A stretch of 64,000 nucleotides of DNA, taken from the NCBI GenBank assembly GCA_964106645.2, contig OZ067044.1. One strand, given 5' to 3'. This stretch comes from Podarcis pityusensis (taxonomy: Eukaryota). Made by a program: the position numbers and the translations under genes. Positions 35,246 through 48,443 of the stretch are shown piece after piece (positions within the stretch are counted from its first letter, which is position 1; the number at the start of each line of letters is the position of its first letter). The notes under the pieces are model-generated. The model was not told the DNA's origin. It saw only the letters and a list, made by a program, of their open reading frames with translations, and did no database searches.

Positions 35246-35349
35246 GTAATCTCCAAGCATTTTGAAAGTGGTGTTGCGGGAGGGGGGGGGGAGAGAGAGA
35301 GAGATGCTTCTCCTCCTTCCCTCCCTCCCTCCCTTTCGCAGCGCCCCCT

Positions 35350-35581
35350 CCCCATCTCCTCTAAATGATGCTGAAGTCGATAACAGCTCCGGAGAAGTGA
35401 AGATGTAACCTCTTATCTTGCTTCTCTTCTTAGCTGGTGGGGAATTTACATTTAAAGATTAGCCTGGAGTGAGAGAAAAGGGATCTGCCTTTTGTTGTGT
35501 GGGGTTATGAGGCATCTAACCTCACCTGGCCTGGCCTTGCAATCTCCCATCAGCTCAGTTATTCAAAGAGGACTTGCAAAG
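35350..35581 (+). other. RUNX1T1: Putative additional alternative non-coding 5' exon
   Basis: Donor CAAAG|GTGAGA at 35582, next to the second promoter. Repeat-free sequence with only short uORFs. Confidence 0.45.
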
Positions 35582-37644
35582 GTGAGATTATTTTATCTCT
35601 CCTCTCTCTCTCTCCATCTCTCTCTCCCCCACCCTTATCTTTAATTGGTTTTAGTGTGGCTAGTCTGAATGGGTTTAGGAAGGGGTTTGGGGTTTGTTTT
35701 TTGTTTAAAAAAATCCGTGATACAGCAAAGGAAGTGTGGTTTTGTGGCAAATAGATTATTTATTTACTCGGCTTTAAAAGCATTAGATAGACAGAGAGGA
35801 TGAACATCTTAACAATTTGATTACCTCTTTTATTGGGTGAGAATGGGTAGCAAATAGTCTCTGTGTGTAGGGGGGAGAAAGGAAGCTTTGAAAATGTCCA
35901 TTGCTTTAAAAAAAAAAGTTTCAGAAGGTTTTCATCCCTTTCCTTTTTATCCCACCTTTACTGAAGTTTCTGCATATGGATTATATTCTGAGTGTTTTGA
36001 GATAATAGTTCTCATAAAATAACAATAAGTGCAAATCGGTAATGGGAGTCCAATGCATTAATCCCACTGAGTGCAATGGGACTTAAAACTTCCTTGTAAC
36101 AAATTCTTGGGATTGCAACTTCGGGGGATTTCTGGTTTGAATTTTATGCCAGAATTGTATGCATGGCTATTTGTTAATTTCTTTATTTAGTGAAGGACTT
36201 GCTGTGCTTTCTGTTTAGCCTCTGTTTGGTTTTTAGGTGATAGGACTTAAGTCCACAAATGCATGCTTTTTTATATTTTAAATTTTGATACAGTTCTTAG
36301 AATTCCTCAGAATAGGAAAGAATTTGGTTGGTTTTCTCTAGGCAAGGGACAACTCAAACACCATCTGGAAGTAATTTTTTTAAAGTCCCCAATAACCCCT
36401 CTGGCTTCAGAATACCCCAGTCCTAAGCACCGTTACTTGAAAGTCAGTTCTATTGACATGGGCAGATATTGCTTTAAACTCAATTTGTTTTTGTTTTGAG
36501 ATATTAACACCTTCCTCTTGCTGCAGCGCTTGGCCAGGTGTTGGCATAACTGGATACAGAGATATGATCCAGTAGCTAAGAGTCTAATTAAAATTTGTGT
36601 AAAGCCAAGAGGGGCGGTAGGACATGTATTTGTGTTGACAACAGAAGATCAATAGCGTAAGACAATAGAGTCCCATTATTTTACTTCCATTGACTGAATA
36701 TATTGACATTTCAGGTTTATGATTGCCTCAGTGAACATGATGGAACACAAGTTCACAAACCAACAGGCAGAGTGCCACATATATTACTGTATGTCATATC
36801 TGCCTTCAAGCTACCTTATCACTGAAGCAGAATAGTAATGGATGGTTGCAGAACACTTGGGGAGGTTTAGCCTCTATCAGTTACAAAGCTGACATACAGC
36901 AGGTCTTGGGAGCATCTATAATTGCACCTAGAATTATGGTGGCCCATGTTTACCTGCTAGGGCTGCTGCAGTTTAGAGTTTAAGAGCTAAGAGCAGACAG
37001 CATAACAAGGTACTTAGGTTTTCATATTTTATATTTGGGAGAGACATTTGAAAGTTTCCCATGAGAACTGATTGGGCAACTATGCACAATTCCATTGGTG
37101 CTGAAGTGCCAAAGCACCTGCTAGAGATTCCTTGGCTTTGTAGACTATGAGTGAATTCAAAAGCAAAGTTTAAATGAGATTTCTTTCTCCTGTCTTTCTG
37201 TATGCACACAGGATCAATTTCTGGTGGTAAAGAGGAGGCTGTGCATGGAAAGGATATTATGGGCTTGGGTTTTCTTCTTCTATTCTGACCATTAAATGGT
37301 ACTGTGAGAGTTCTTACATATATTGAAGACCTATTGACCGTGAAATATATAGCAAGCCTTATTATCTCAAATTCTTTGAGATACTCTGTAAAATGGAACT
37401 GGCAGCACAATAAGACCCCATCAGTGTTAGGCAAGCATGGAGACAGAAATTAATTTAAAGCAGACAAAGAGCTAATATGAAAAGAGCCACTAGTGATTTA
37501 ACCCATTCTAGAAGAAGTTTAATGAAAATATAAAATACATTTCAGAATATTGTACTGTAATAGTACAACAGTTGTGGTCAGGCAGTGGACTACTGATGCC
37601 CCCGTGAGATGGGAAGGAGAAAATGAGTCCTTTATAACATTTTC

Positions 37645-37880
37645 NNNNNNNNNNNNNNNNNNNNNNNNNNNNNNNNNNNNNNNNNNNNNNNNNNNNNNNN
37701 NNNNNNNNNNNNNNNNNNNNNNNNNNNNNNNNNNNNNNNNNNNNNNNNNNNNNNNNNNNNNNNNNNNNNNNNNNNNNNNNNNNNNNNNNNNNNNNNNNNN
37801 NNNNNNNNNNNNNNNNNNNNNNNNNNNNNNNNNNNNNNNNNNNNNNNNNNNNNNNNNNNNNNNNNNNNNNNNNNNNNNNN
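37645..37880. other. Assembly gap (N run)
   Basis: Run of N. Confidence 1.
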
Positions 37881-40800
37881 AGCCACTGCAATCTTTTGTT
37901 AATGTGAGTGGGGTTTTTTTTGGGGGGGGGGGATCTGTTCTGAAAAATCTCTAGCTTTATGTGCTTTTTTTTTTTTTTTTTTTGCTGGCACTTTTATCTG
38001 GTGCAGGAAAAATGGTGATAAGCAATTAGGACCTTAGCTCGGTGACAGATTATAAAAAATGGTCTTTGTAGCTAAATATTAGTATACTATTTAGCAAATA
38101 TTAATTGTGGGGAAAACAACTTTGCATTTCCCCACCTCAACACAATGCAGAGTCATAACCCCAGCATTTCTTGCTGATCTTAATGAAACCTTTATTCATT
38201 TTCTACTACTTTTCTACTCTGCAAAGAAAGACAGAGTACCCTGTTTCTTATTATACCAGCAAATCAAAATTTTAAGGTAATCAAGGGTATTTTAGTTAAT
38301 AGGGCTTTCAGGGCAATTTCCCCCCATATTTAAATAAAATGATTAAATTATCCTTGAGTGTATTCATTAAAAGATGCTCTTCAGTAGTGTTGTTAATCAA
38401 GTTTTATGGAATGTGCAGGACACAAATTGTGGAAAAGCAAGTGGGGGTTAGAAATTATGGAGTAGACTAGGGAAATAGCTAGAAATTTATAAAAGCATAT
38501 ATATTTTATTTTAAACCAGTGAAGGAAAAATATGTGTGTTATCTAAAACATATGGTAATACTTTGTGACTAGAAGAAGAAATAAAGACAAGACAAGTCAG
38601 ATAGACAGAAAGAATGGGGGAAAGGTACAATTAAGCAAAGATTGATTTTAATGCAGTTCTTACTACTTGCATGATGGGTACAGAATCCCTGCTTAGAAGT
38701 AATTTTAAGATGTGCATTTTTCTGTGGCACTGTAGATGTGCTCTAAGTACAGGTGTTTGTTAAAAAATGAAATGAAAAAGAAACTAAGGTAAAATGGGAT
38801 GTTGAGTATTATTGAATTCAGTGGAACTTTGCACAAGTAAAGGCAAGATCTTTCATTTTCTCTGCATTTTTTATTTAGGTATCTGGAATGGAGAGTTTTA
38901 AAATAAAAGAAAGCACCCCATGAAAGCAAATTATATTTAAAAGCAGCTTTTTGCAAATTTGCCTTTATAGGCAAGACTCCATCTAGTGGAGTGAATTTGC
39001 TTCGCCATCAGTAACAAGCACACTGGGCCATTGTTTGCTCCTTGATACTAGCAGTGTTAAAACTGTAAATTATTGGTTCTGATAGGTTATTCCCCATCAC
39101 ATCTTAGAAACTGGAAATGTTAACCACCACCTGAGAAAGTAGCTTCATGGCCTACATCTGTTGTACAAAAACCTATAGTTAGCTCGGTGGCTATAGGAAG
39201 CTTCAATATGTCTGCCTGGCTGGATGTTAATATGCAATTTGCATAAGTACCAGTCATTACCACCAACCAGTTTCCCTTTGTGATTCACTTTATCTGAAGA
39301 GCTATAGCCTACATTTCTTGCCTGACTGATGATGACCGCACAGTCACCTCCCTAGGTGGTAGTTCAAATGTCATGTTTCAATTCCGTAGGTCAAAAGACT
39401 TTCTACAATGGTCTGTCTGACTGATGTTCTGTTTTCAATGTAACATTCACCTCATTTGCCTAGGAGCAGCAGGAGTCAAACTACTGTTTCACCACAAGGT
39501 TAGGTACATACACACAACTTAGGGTTACATCAAGCCTTTGCATTTCTGACACATGAACCTCCTGGCCATATTTTCCTTTTCCATTTGTTCAGTTGTGTTA
39601 AAGCAACAAGAACAACAACAAATCATTGGTTTCTGCTTTAATATTCTGGTTAAATGTCTAACTGTATTGAAAATATTTAAGCTGGTAATAAATTCAGATG
39701 TTGATGCTTGTGCTAGAGGAGAAGACCATGTACAGGAAATGGATATCATTTATAATGCCCCATTTAAAAGATCTAAGGTAACATGGCTAGGAAAGTTCTT
39801 TCCTTGAGAGCCTGAAGACTGGAAGAAGTTTCCAGTCAGTTTGGGTAGCATTGGCCTAGATGGAATGTTGCATTGTGGGATGGGGCAGTACCTAAGAACA
39901 GAAAACTGCTATGTACTGTAGACGGGTTTGGAACATAGAAAGTGAGACAGATCAGAACCGCTCCAACCTGAGATACTTAGCATGCTACAAGATAGCCAGT
40001 TAAGATACTTCTGCAAAGGAAATTAGGAAAGAGTGCTGCAGTTGATTAAGAAAGCATGCTTGGAGAGACTTCCAGGTAGGATTGTTTGTCAAAGTGATTA
40101 TGCTGCTCAGTTGCCAGAAACGTCATAGCATTGCCAAACATTTATGGACAATGGCGCCAGGTGGTTGGTTAGTTCTTTTCTTTCTAAGCAAACTTGTACT
40201 GTTACTGGGGGGAAATGCAAAAAGTATTGTAGAAAGCCTGTCAGCAGATCAAGTATGGCATTAAGTTCCATAGATGAGAATTTAGGCACCTTTTAGGCAC
40301 TACAATTGTGCTCTTTGAGAAAATGTTGAAGGAGGTTTAGTTCATGACCAAGCTATTCACTGGAAGCCTTCAACTTCCACCTCATCTTGTATATTATTTT
40401 CTGAGGTAATGCAGGTTTTAAATGTACAGTGATATACTTAAACTCAAAGAATTAGTAAACTACATTGATATTTATCAGATTCGTGCATTTCTCCTGCAAA
40501 ATATCAATACTTCAAATAAAGGCTAATTGTGTTGGTAGAAGAACATTCTCCTCATGTCTTGCCCATATGATCTCTTTAATAGTTTCGTTGCATTCGTTAA
40601 AGTTGACTCTAGTGGAACAGGTATTTGAACAATGAGTTTTTCTCTCTTAAAAGTGAGAAAAGGTTGAAATCCTATGTATGTGGTACATGAAATCCCCCTT
40701 TGAATACAGTTAAACATACTTCTGATTAAACATGCATTAGATGCCACTATCAGTAAAGTATCCTATTAACTGAAAAGCAAATGGTAGTGGTGCTTAGCTG

Positions 40801-41013
40801 GAGCTGCATTTCATATGAAAATACTTGCAGAGAGTTGGCCATGTCAAGATATGTTTGGTTCAGTATTTTTGTTTTCTGACTTTGAAATTGCAACACTCCA
40901 ATGCCAAGATATTCAGGCGGTAATCAGTGTGATAGTGCCAACTTGTTGTTCTGAATTTGTTTTGAAGAAGCTTCCTTAATGTATTTGTTAAATATTCAGA
41001 GGAAGGCAGATAC

Positions 41014-41016
<3 letters not shown>

Positions 41017-41047
<31 letters not shown>
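41017..41047. repeat. (CA)n microsatellite
   Basis: Seen directly. Similar tracts at 16670-16692 and 49826-49850. Confidence 0.97.
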
Positions 41048-41049
<2 letters not shown>

Positions 41050-41591
41050 GCTAAGCTTTACTGTGAACTGCAAATCACAAGTTTGGGTTCAGATGTGAAC
41101 ACTAAGCTGAACTATGGTTTAGCTCACAGCAGCAGGACCAGAGGAGGAGACTTCTTTCTGGGAACCTGTACTACGCTCATTCATGCTAAGCCAGGGTGTG
41201 GCTTAGTGTTGCACCCCAACTGGGTCACTGCCAGAATTCCATTCTTATAGCTTTGCAAGTGGCCTTCTAAAAGTTCATTGAAAAACTGCATGGTTTTTGA
41301 ACCACCATAACCTCAAGTTAACATTGTGTTGCTTCTAATGGGGTCCACTATTATGGTGAAAGTAGCAAAGTGGTGATGCTCTCATATACTCCAGCAGCCC
41401 CTGTTACCGATTCTGCTTCGCATTTGTGGGACATTTGAGGGAAGCCTCTTCAAAAAGTTGTTAATTTTTGCACATGTGCAGTAGCTTCCCTTTCACCTTG
41501 GGCTCCCCTCTCCAATAATTCTCTGTCCGGATAGCACATGTTGCTGTATATTTTTGAATTTCAGCAATTCTGGAGAGTGACAATTGCACAG

Positions 41592-41762
41592 AGCTGTAGC
41601 TCACTGGTGGAACACCTGTTTGAAGATCCCAGATTCATTGCCTAACATCTCCAGGTTAAAAAGGAATAGGTTACCAGTGTAATGAAAAACACCCTTGCCT
41701 GAGAACTTGGAGAGCTCCTGCCAGCCCACAGTAAACAAGACTGGGCTAGATTGACAAATAGT
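41592..41762 (+). mobile_element. Squam2-like SINE, degenerate
   Basis: GCTGTAGCTCACTGGTGGAAC..CATCTCCAGG..TTGGAGAGCTCCTGCCAG..GACTGGGCTAGA. Confidence 0.65.
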
Positions 41763-42103
41763 TTGTGTGAAGCTGTTTCCTGTGTGAGAGTGGTGCTCAG
41801 AGAGTGATCTTTGGTGTGAGAACAGGAGAGTCGCACATATGTAAGATGATAACATTTCTTATGGGCACAGGTTCTGGTCCTGTGCACTACTATGTTATCT
41901 CATTGATGTATGTGCACTCTAAGGTACATGGGCCCTTGCTCAGATAAGACCCATGCAAGGTGAGTGAGACAAGTGTATTGAAGAAGCTGCTTGCAGGAAT
42001 GTAGCTGTGGTTTCCCAGGTGGAAGGATTTCACGTGTGGAGCCTGCTAATTCTGTTGTAGCAAGCACAACTGTTTCTTGTGACACCTTAAAGACCCAACA
42101 TAT

Positions 42104-42274
42104 TACCCTATTTTTCCGTGTATAAGACTAGGTTCTTTCCCTTAAAAACAATGTGCAAAGTTTTGGGGCGTCTTATACACGGATAACTCTTCCCCCATTT
42201 TCTTAAATCGGAGTCCCCAAAAATAGGGGACATCTTATACATGGGGGCGTCTTATAGATGGAAAAATTATGGCA
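42104..42274. mobile_element. pogo/Tigger-type MITE
   Basis: TACCCTATTTTTCCGTGTATAAGAC ... GTCTTATAGATGGAAAAATTATGG imperfect TIRs with internal GGGGCGTCTTATA repeats. Confidence 0.75.
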
Positions 42275-42913
42275 GCATTTCTGTTTCACAGAGCCCTGGG
42301 ATTCTGCAAAGCGTTCCAAGGAGTCCTGCAAAGAAAAAGTTGGAATGGTGGACAAGCACGCATAATGCGTGATTTCCATTGAGCTGCAGCCGTGGGGATT
42401 AAATGCACTACTCAAGCCATTGTCCTGGGAATCCCTTCCCCTTCTTTCCATCCCTTTACCATGCTTTCCATGGTTAAGTCAATAGCAGTTGGCAGGCGAG
42501 AGAGGGAGGGGAGTGTTGCTTATGCAACTTCCCAACGTTGCATGTTGCTGTCAGCTACCAAGAGGAAGTGGGGGCCAGGCAGTGGGAAACTTGGTGTGCG
42601 CCCAATCCGCTGCTCCCGTCCTTGCTTTGCTCCACCCCATCGGTAACCGGCAGCATCATGTGACATTGGGTAAGCAGCTCTGCCCTGCCCACGTGTTCAA
42701 GCACTTGTCCTGGGAATCCCTTTTCCCCATCCCAGAACCTTCCATTGAGCTGCAGCCTGGCAGCAACAGTTAAATATATGGTCAGATACAAACTGTCTCT
42801 CATTGGAGCCGAAGCCTTAGCAGAGATTGACAGCAAAGTTTTTATAGGTCTCAAAGTTGCCGCTTTTAAATGTTACGTCCATGCTAAACAATGTTACGTA
42901 TATGCTAAACAAG

Positions 42914-43165
42914 CTATAGCTTAGGGCCCCACTCTCTTGAGGGCCCCCAAAAAAATTAAAGGGAAAAAAATGGATGTACATTTCCAAAATATAAGATAAA
43001 AAACAAACAAAATGCTTTAGATACCTATTAGGTTCATAAATTACCATATAGCATATATTTAACGCAAAAAACAGTGACAATTTGTTGACAAAGGGCAGCT
43101 GGACATATAAAGGGCCCCATTACCTTCAGTAGCTTAGGGACTCATCAAACCTAAATCCAGCCCTG
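42914..43165. mobile_element. hAT-type MITE fragment
   Basis: AGCTTAGGGCCCC... subterminal repeats and terminus AAACCTAAATCCAGCCCTG. Confidence 0.55.
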
Positions 43166-45017
43166 GTTACCTCTCTGGCTGGCTCCCTTCCTTGATCTTC
43201 CCAAAATCCCACCTCCTCCCCACCCTGCTTTACAAAAAAAAAAAATCTTTGTAAAAGTTTTTACTGCAAGGATTCTGTTGGAATTTTGTTTAAAGCGAAG
43301 GGTTCTGCCGCTGTGAAAAGTTTGAGAACTGCTGTATTGTGGCATAAGAGGGCCAGAGTCCATTTTGCGGCCAGAGCACATTTTCTCAGATCCACGAAGT
43401 ATAATCCTAAATTGACCGGTATATACCAGGTAAGGAGAGTAACAAGATGGATTAGACAGCTGGTGGCAATTCTGTGTGGCTTTCTCAACTTTACTTTATA
43501 AATCATGGCTCTACAGTCTTTGTTTTGTGTGTGACAGAGATGAGATCCGCTGACAATGACAGCAGCAGTGAGCAAACCGTGTTTGCAGCTGGGCAATTAC
43601 AGAAGTCCATAAGATATCGGACTGTCAAGCATGAACACAGATGCCTTCAAAGTTCTGTTTTTCTTCTATGTGGAAGTCATGGGCATGGAACAGATGCCTT
43701 CAATTTGGAGAAACCAGCCTCTGGATATAATAGGTTCTCTCTTCTCTTTGTTCTCTAGGGACTGTCCCTCGTCAATGAAATTAGATGAGGGAGAGGGAGA
43801 AAAAAAGAAAGAAAATTGTGTGTGTAGGGTTCTTGTGTTTTCACTGCGATACATGATACTAAGCTATTTGTAAGCTAGAATGGCTTGTTATATTTAAAAG
43901 GTACATCAGATTAATAGATGCACTTCATTATACAAATGAATAGATACAGTTGATTAAATTCTTATTTTCCCCCCTTTTTGATTGATTTTGAACCACTGTT
44001 TTTTCTAGGTTAGTATCAAATTGACATGAGGGTGTGTGTGGCGTTTTCTCCTGTCACTGGGCTGCTTAGGGTTTCAGCTAGTCTTCAAGAATAGATGATA
44101 TGCAATTTTAAATGTGAAAGCATGTCAATAAATTAATGTGTGGAAATAGTATATGCCATTTTTTCTCATTTCTTCTGAGATCTGGCAAGGTTATATGTGG
44201 GAACAGTTGCACAAAAATTCAAAGTCACATAATTTCTCCCTTGTAACATGTTGGCGGGATTGCTAAACAACAACAACAAAACTGCTAGGTTTCTTTGTCA
44301 TTGTGAGTTTGAAGAAAGACATAAAAATGAGGAAGATGGATCTTTCTTTTTTAATGGAAAGTAGCATATTTTAACATTAGCTGCAATGTCAGATAAAATA
44401 TTTGAAAAACAGTAAGCCAGTTATGTATGAGAGCAGGAAATAAGTATTCAACCCATTGATTCATGCACAATGCCACAATAATTTCATTGGAATTATCTGT
44501 TGATTTGCATGAACTTGAATAATTTTTTCATGGATTCTCCAAGCTGCGGTATGATTTAGTGAGACCTACAGTAGCTGTTCTTTTGTAAACTTGGCTTTTT
44601 CTCTCAGCTTATAAATATTAATTCATACCAAGAGACAAGGTAGAACCTTTCTTCTTCCTAGAATTATCCTTAAACCATTTGAAATGTTGTAATCCCCTTG
44701 TGTTGTTATATTTAGTTTATTCTCAGTTTAGCTCTTTAAATTACCAGTGGTGGTGGTTGAGTGAAGTTGGCTGTCCTCCAAACTAGATGATAAACTGGAG
44801 GTGTGATGTTTCATGTTATAATTGCTCACGGATGCTGAATCACTGTTCAGTAGAGAAGTGTGTTGCCAGCAAGCTTAGTGTATCTCTCTAGTGTCCCTGA
44901 CTGGAGATCTCTCTGAATTAAAGTTAATTTTTTAAGTCTGGAGTGCGATTTTAAGATTTTAAGATCCTAGCTTAATCTGCATGTGTGTGTGTGTGTTTTG
45001 AAGGTTGTTTACCAATA

Positions 45018-45259
45018 CAGTGGTACCTTGGGTTACAGATGCTTCAGGTTACAGACGCTTCAGGTTACAGACTCCGCTAACCCAGAAATAGTATCTCAGA
45101 TTAAGAACTTTGCTTCAGGATGAGAACAGAAATTGTGCTCTGGTGGCGCGGTGGCAGCGGGAGGCCCCATTAGCTAAAGTGGTGCTTCAGGTTAAGAACA
45201 GTTTCAGGTTAATAACGGACCTCCAGAACGAATTAAGTTCTTAACCTGAGGTAGCACTG
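45018..45259. mobile_element. Tc1/mariner (Tigger-like) MITE
   Basis: TA|CAGTGGTACCTTGGGTTA ... TAACCTGAGGTAGCACTG TIRs, with tandem 16-bp GCTTCAGGTTACAGAC subterminal repeats. Confidence 0.88.
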
Positions 45260-45326
45260 TGATAATGACTTAGTCCCCCAGTTACATTACAGTACAGTGT
45301 ATGGTGTGTTAGGGGAGAGGTAGCAC

Positions 45327-46018
45327 TTCTGGTGGGGGACACATCATGCTCCTTTTGGAGCTGTTTGTCCACCTTTGGTTCCCACCCTGCACTCAGCTCT
45401 CACCTGTGGCTCCTAGAAGCATGTGACAGTGGCCACACTTCAGGAACAGCTTCGACTGGCCAGCTAAATCAGGGTAGGGTAGCCAATGGGTCTCAAACCT
45501 TTGGGGAGTTAGGGACTTCCCCCGTGTGTGAAGACAGCCCTTTGGCTATACACAACAAACTCTGATGGCTTGAGCAGATGAGACCAACAGTGGGTCCAAT
45601 GGTCAAGAAGGCAGTTTCTGCATATGCTGTAGAGGGAAGTGAGGGGCAGATGGGGTTTGTCAACCTGGGAAAGTAGCCCATCTAGGAGAAGGAAAACTCT
45701 GGTCCTAAACTGCTGCTTTGTGTCATATATTTGGGAGAAGAAAAGGCTAAGGAGTAAACCCTACACAAATCCGGAGTGGAGTCCCATAGATTGTTGGATG
45801 GCGTCTTGTATGCCTCCTTCTGACAACTCCTTCAGCCAAGCTGTGCCAAACATATTGCTCTGCTTTTCTTTGGACCACATCAGCAAGGCCAAGAGAGGGT
45901 CTTGTCTGGGAAGCCTAGGACCTCCATACATACCACCCAGGCTTGTGCCCCAGGGAGGTCATTCACCCCCGGAGGCGCACTCCATTGTCCTTTGAGACAG
46001 ATGGATGCCAACAACAAC
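45327..46018 (+). mobile_element. Non-autonomous (bipartite) RTE-derived retroposon
   Basis: RTE 5'-UTR-like motif CCATCTAGGAGAAGGAAAACTCTG and RTE-like 3' end TTTGAGACAGATGGATGCC followed by (AAC)n. No ORF. Confidence 0.6.
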
Positions 46019-46047
46019 TGCACAGTTCTGAGGGAAACAGAAAAATT

Positions 46048-46267
46048 GGAGTGTAATGGTTGGAGTTAGAGACTAGGACTGGGAAGACTCCGGTTCAAAT
46101 TCTTGCAGTGACATGAATTTCGTTGGGTAGCTGTAGACCAGTCAAATCCTGACGTCTAATCTACTTCACAGGCTTTTTTTGAGAATCAAATGTGGGAGGA
46201 GGGTAAAGAACAGTAGATGTGGCCTTGAGCTGCTTGGATAAAAGGCAGGAGATAAATAAATAATAAA
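46048..46267 (+). mobile_element. Old MIR-like CORE SINE
   Basis: tRNA head GTGTAATGGTT..GGTTCAAAT, core CTAATCTACTTCACAGG, L2-like tail GCCTTGAGC..AAAAGGCAGGAGATAAAT. Related fragments at 56890-57110(-) and 57420-57560(+). Confidence 0.7.
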
Positions 46268-46711
46268 GAGCCTGATTCTTGGTGGTTGTGAATTTTTTTC
46301 TTCACTACTTATTTTTCATTTTGCACCTGATTTACTCCGACTTCAAATTGTTCTTCTACTGCCAAACGTCCCTCGATAGCATCACTCCAATTTGGTGCAT
46401 GTTTTTGGCTTCTTTGAAATGCTGCTGTTTAGATAGTTCTCAAATTTGACTGGTTTAAATTGCTATGTACTTACAGTCTTGTATTTTTTGCTACTGATAA
46501 CTATTTCCAAACTAAATCAAATCACTAAATTATGTTAGCTAAATGTGCATTTTATTTGGTCGTTTTCTCATTTCGGAAAGGAAAGCTTTTCATGTGTTTA
46601 GGGAATTTTTTAATCATGATGTTTTTGTTAGCTAGCTAGTGTGGGTTTAACTATTATTATGAAATGCTTTTGATATATTTATAATTGCTTCTGCTAGTTC
46701 TCAATATTGCG

Positions 46712-46840
46712 GTAGGGAAACCAATGGTTTTCCAGATGCTACTGGTCTACAAATCATCTCTGTACATTGGCCATGGTGGCCGAGGCTGATGGGAGTTGGA
46801 GTCCAACAACATTTGGAAGGCCAGAGGTTTCCCATTCCTG
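46712..46840. mobile_element. Palindromic hAT-type MITE, degenerate
   Basis: TCCAGATG..CTACAA / GCTGATGGGAGTTGGAGTCCAACAACATTTGGA. Confidence 0.65.
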
Positions 46841-48410
46841 GTGTGTATTAACTTGCTCACTCTTCTTCTGAGCTGCATTGATCATCACCTGGAAATGTGT
46901 GTAAATAAACTGATAATGATAATGATACCTTTATTTGAACCACAGAAATGGAGAAGTGCTCAAGAAGCAAGTCGAATTCTTTCAGCACTTTTGAGTCAGC
47001 TGTTCTAATTTTCAATATATCAAGATGGCAGGGCACTTTAAGCTTGCTTTCAGATCTTGAGATCATCTCTCAAACATTGTTCCTCACATTCTGTCCCACT
47101 CCTCCCCACCAGATCTGTGTAGAGGGACCAAGAAAGAGAACTAGGGGCAAATTCTTCCTCCCTTCCTCCCTTCCTTTGAGTTGGTGTCCCATTTCACTTT
47201 CTCTAAGGTTCCGCAAATTTTGGCTTGGTTTGTTAGCCAACCACTGTAACTTTCGTAGTAGGCAGTGAAGCTTGGTTTTCTCAGTTTCTGCTTCGCAAAT
47301 TAAGTGCATTCTTGTTGTACCTGCTGCTTGGCAAAGGGGGGGGTGATACAAGAGAGGAATTGCAGGTGCGGGGCATGTTGATAGTAATCCCTTCTGATCT
47401 GGGATGCCGTGGTGGAGTCCTGGTGCATGCCATAGTCTGATCTGTGTTGAAAGAGAGAGCCTCGGCCTTTTTGTGTTGCCAGTGGCTTTTAACAGTATGT
47501 TACTGCTCTGGAACTTCTGTTTTAGAAAGTGAAAATTGGGACTTAGCTATACAGCTGCAAATAAAACGTTTTAAGTGCAATATACAATGTGACACTAGAT
47601 GACAATGGTGAGCCTTATGGAAAATTCAATGTATTTTTTAAAAAAGGTTTTTATATGTGTGTAGATTCCATCCTGATTGCAGATCATTTGAAATCTAGGC
47701 TGATAAAGAAGAATGAACATTCTGGAAGGTTTTCAGAGTTTGTTTTTGAAATATGTGCTATATAAGGAAGAGGCAGAAATAAGCAACTGTATCATTTGAA
47801 CCAAGGTTGTTGAAGAGGAACACCCAAGAAGGTTTTTCAAAGCTATCCTTGTGGTGCTACATAAGAATGGGGTCGAAATGGGCAATAGACTCATTTAAAA
47901 CCAAAAATTGTCTAATTACGGCTGCCCTCAGTGTTTCAGCCCCACCAAATTCCAGAGATTTAATGGGGGTTGGGGGACTCTCTGCTGCAAAGTCAGAAGC
48001 TGAAAGGCACATTTTCAGGGAGTGAAAAAAACGCAAGGTAATCTAAGAGCTTTTTCCTCTCTCCCCCATTTCATGAAAAATCTTCTTTAAAAAATAGGGA
48101 CTGGAAATGTTCCTAAGAATGATGCTACATGGCTCTGTAACATTATATGCGGTAGCATTTTGGGGAAGGGGGTGGTGGTGGCGGCTGCTCATTTTTCTGT
48201 GTGTTGTCCCTGCGACTCATTTCCAGGAACATTTCTGTACTCATTTTAAAAGCACATGGTAAGTGTCACACTTCTTAGCTGCTTGAAATGGCTTTTACCT
48301 TTTAAAAACACTTTTAGCAGGAAGAATAAAAACCCGTTGGCTCTCTAAAAGTGTTTACAAATTCCTTCCTTTCTTCAAATTCACAAGAGTTTCTCTCATA
48401 GATATGACCA

Positions 48411-48443
<33 letters not shown>

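Noticed and set aside
36973-37434. 153-aa minus-strand ORF
   Set aside because: No motif, no splice support, antisense intronic. Consistent with chance.
45018-45080. CRISPR-like or functional repeat array (also 61780-62050)
   Set aside because: Tandem subterminal repeats of MITEs with no unique spacers, in eukaryotic DNA.
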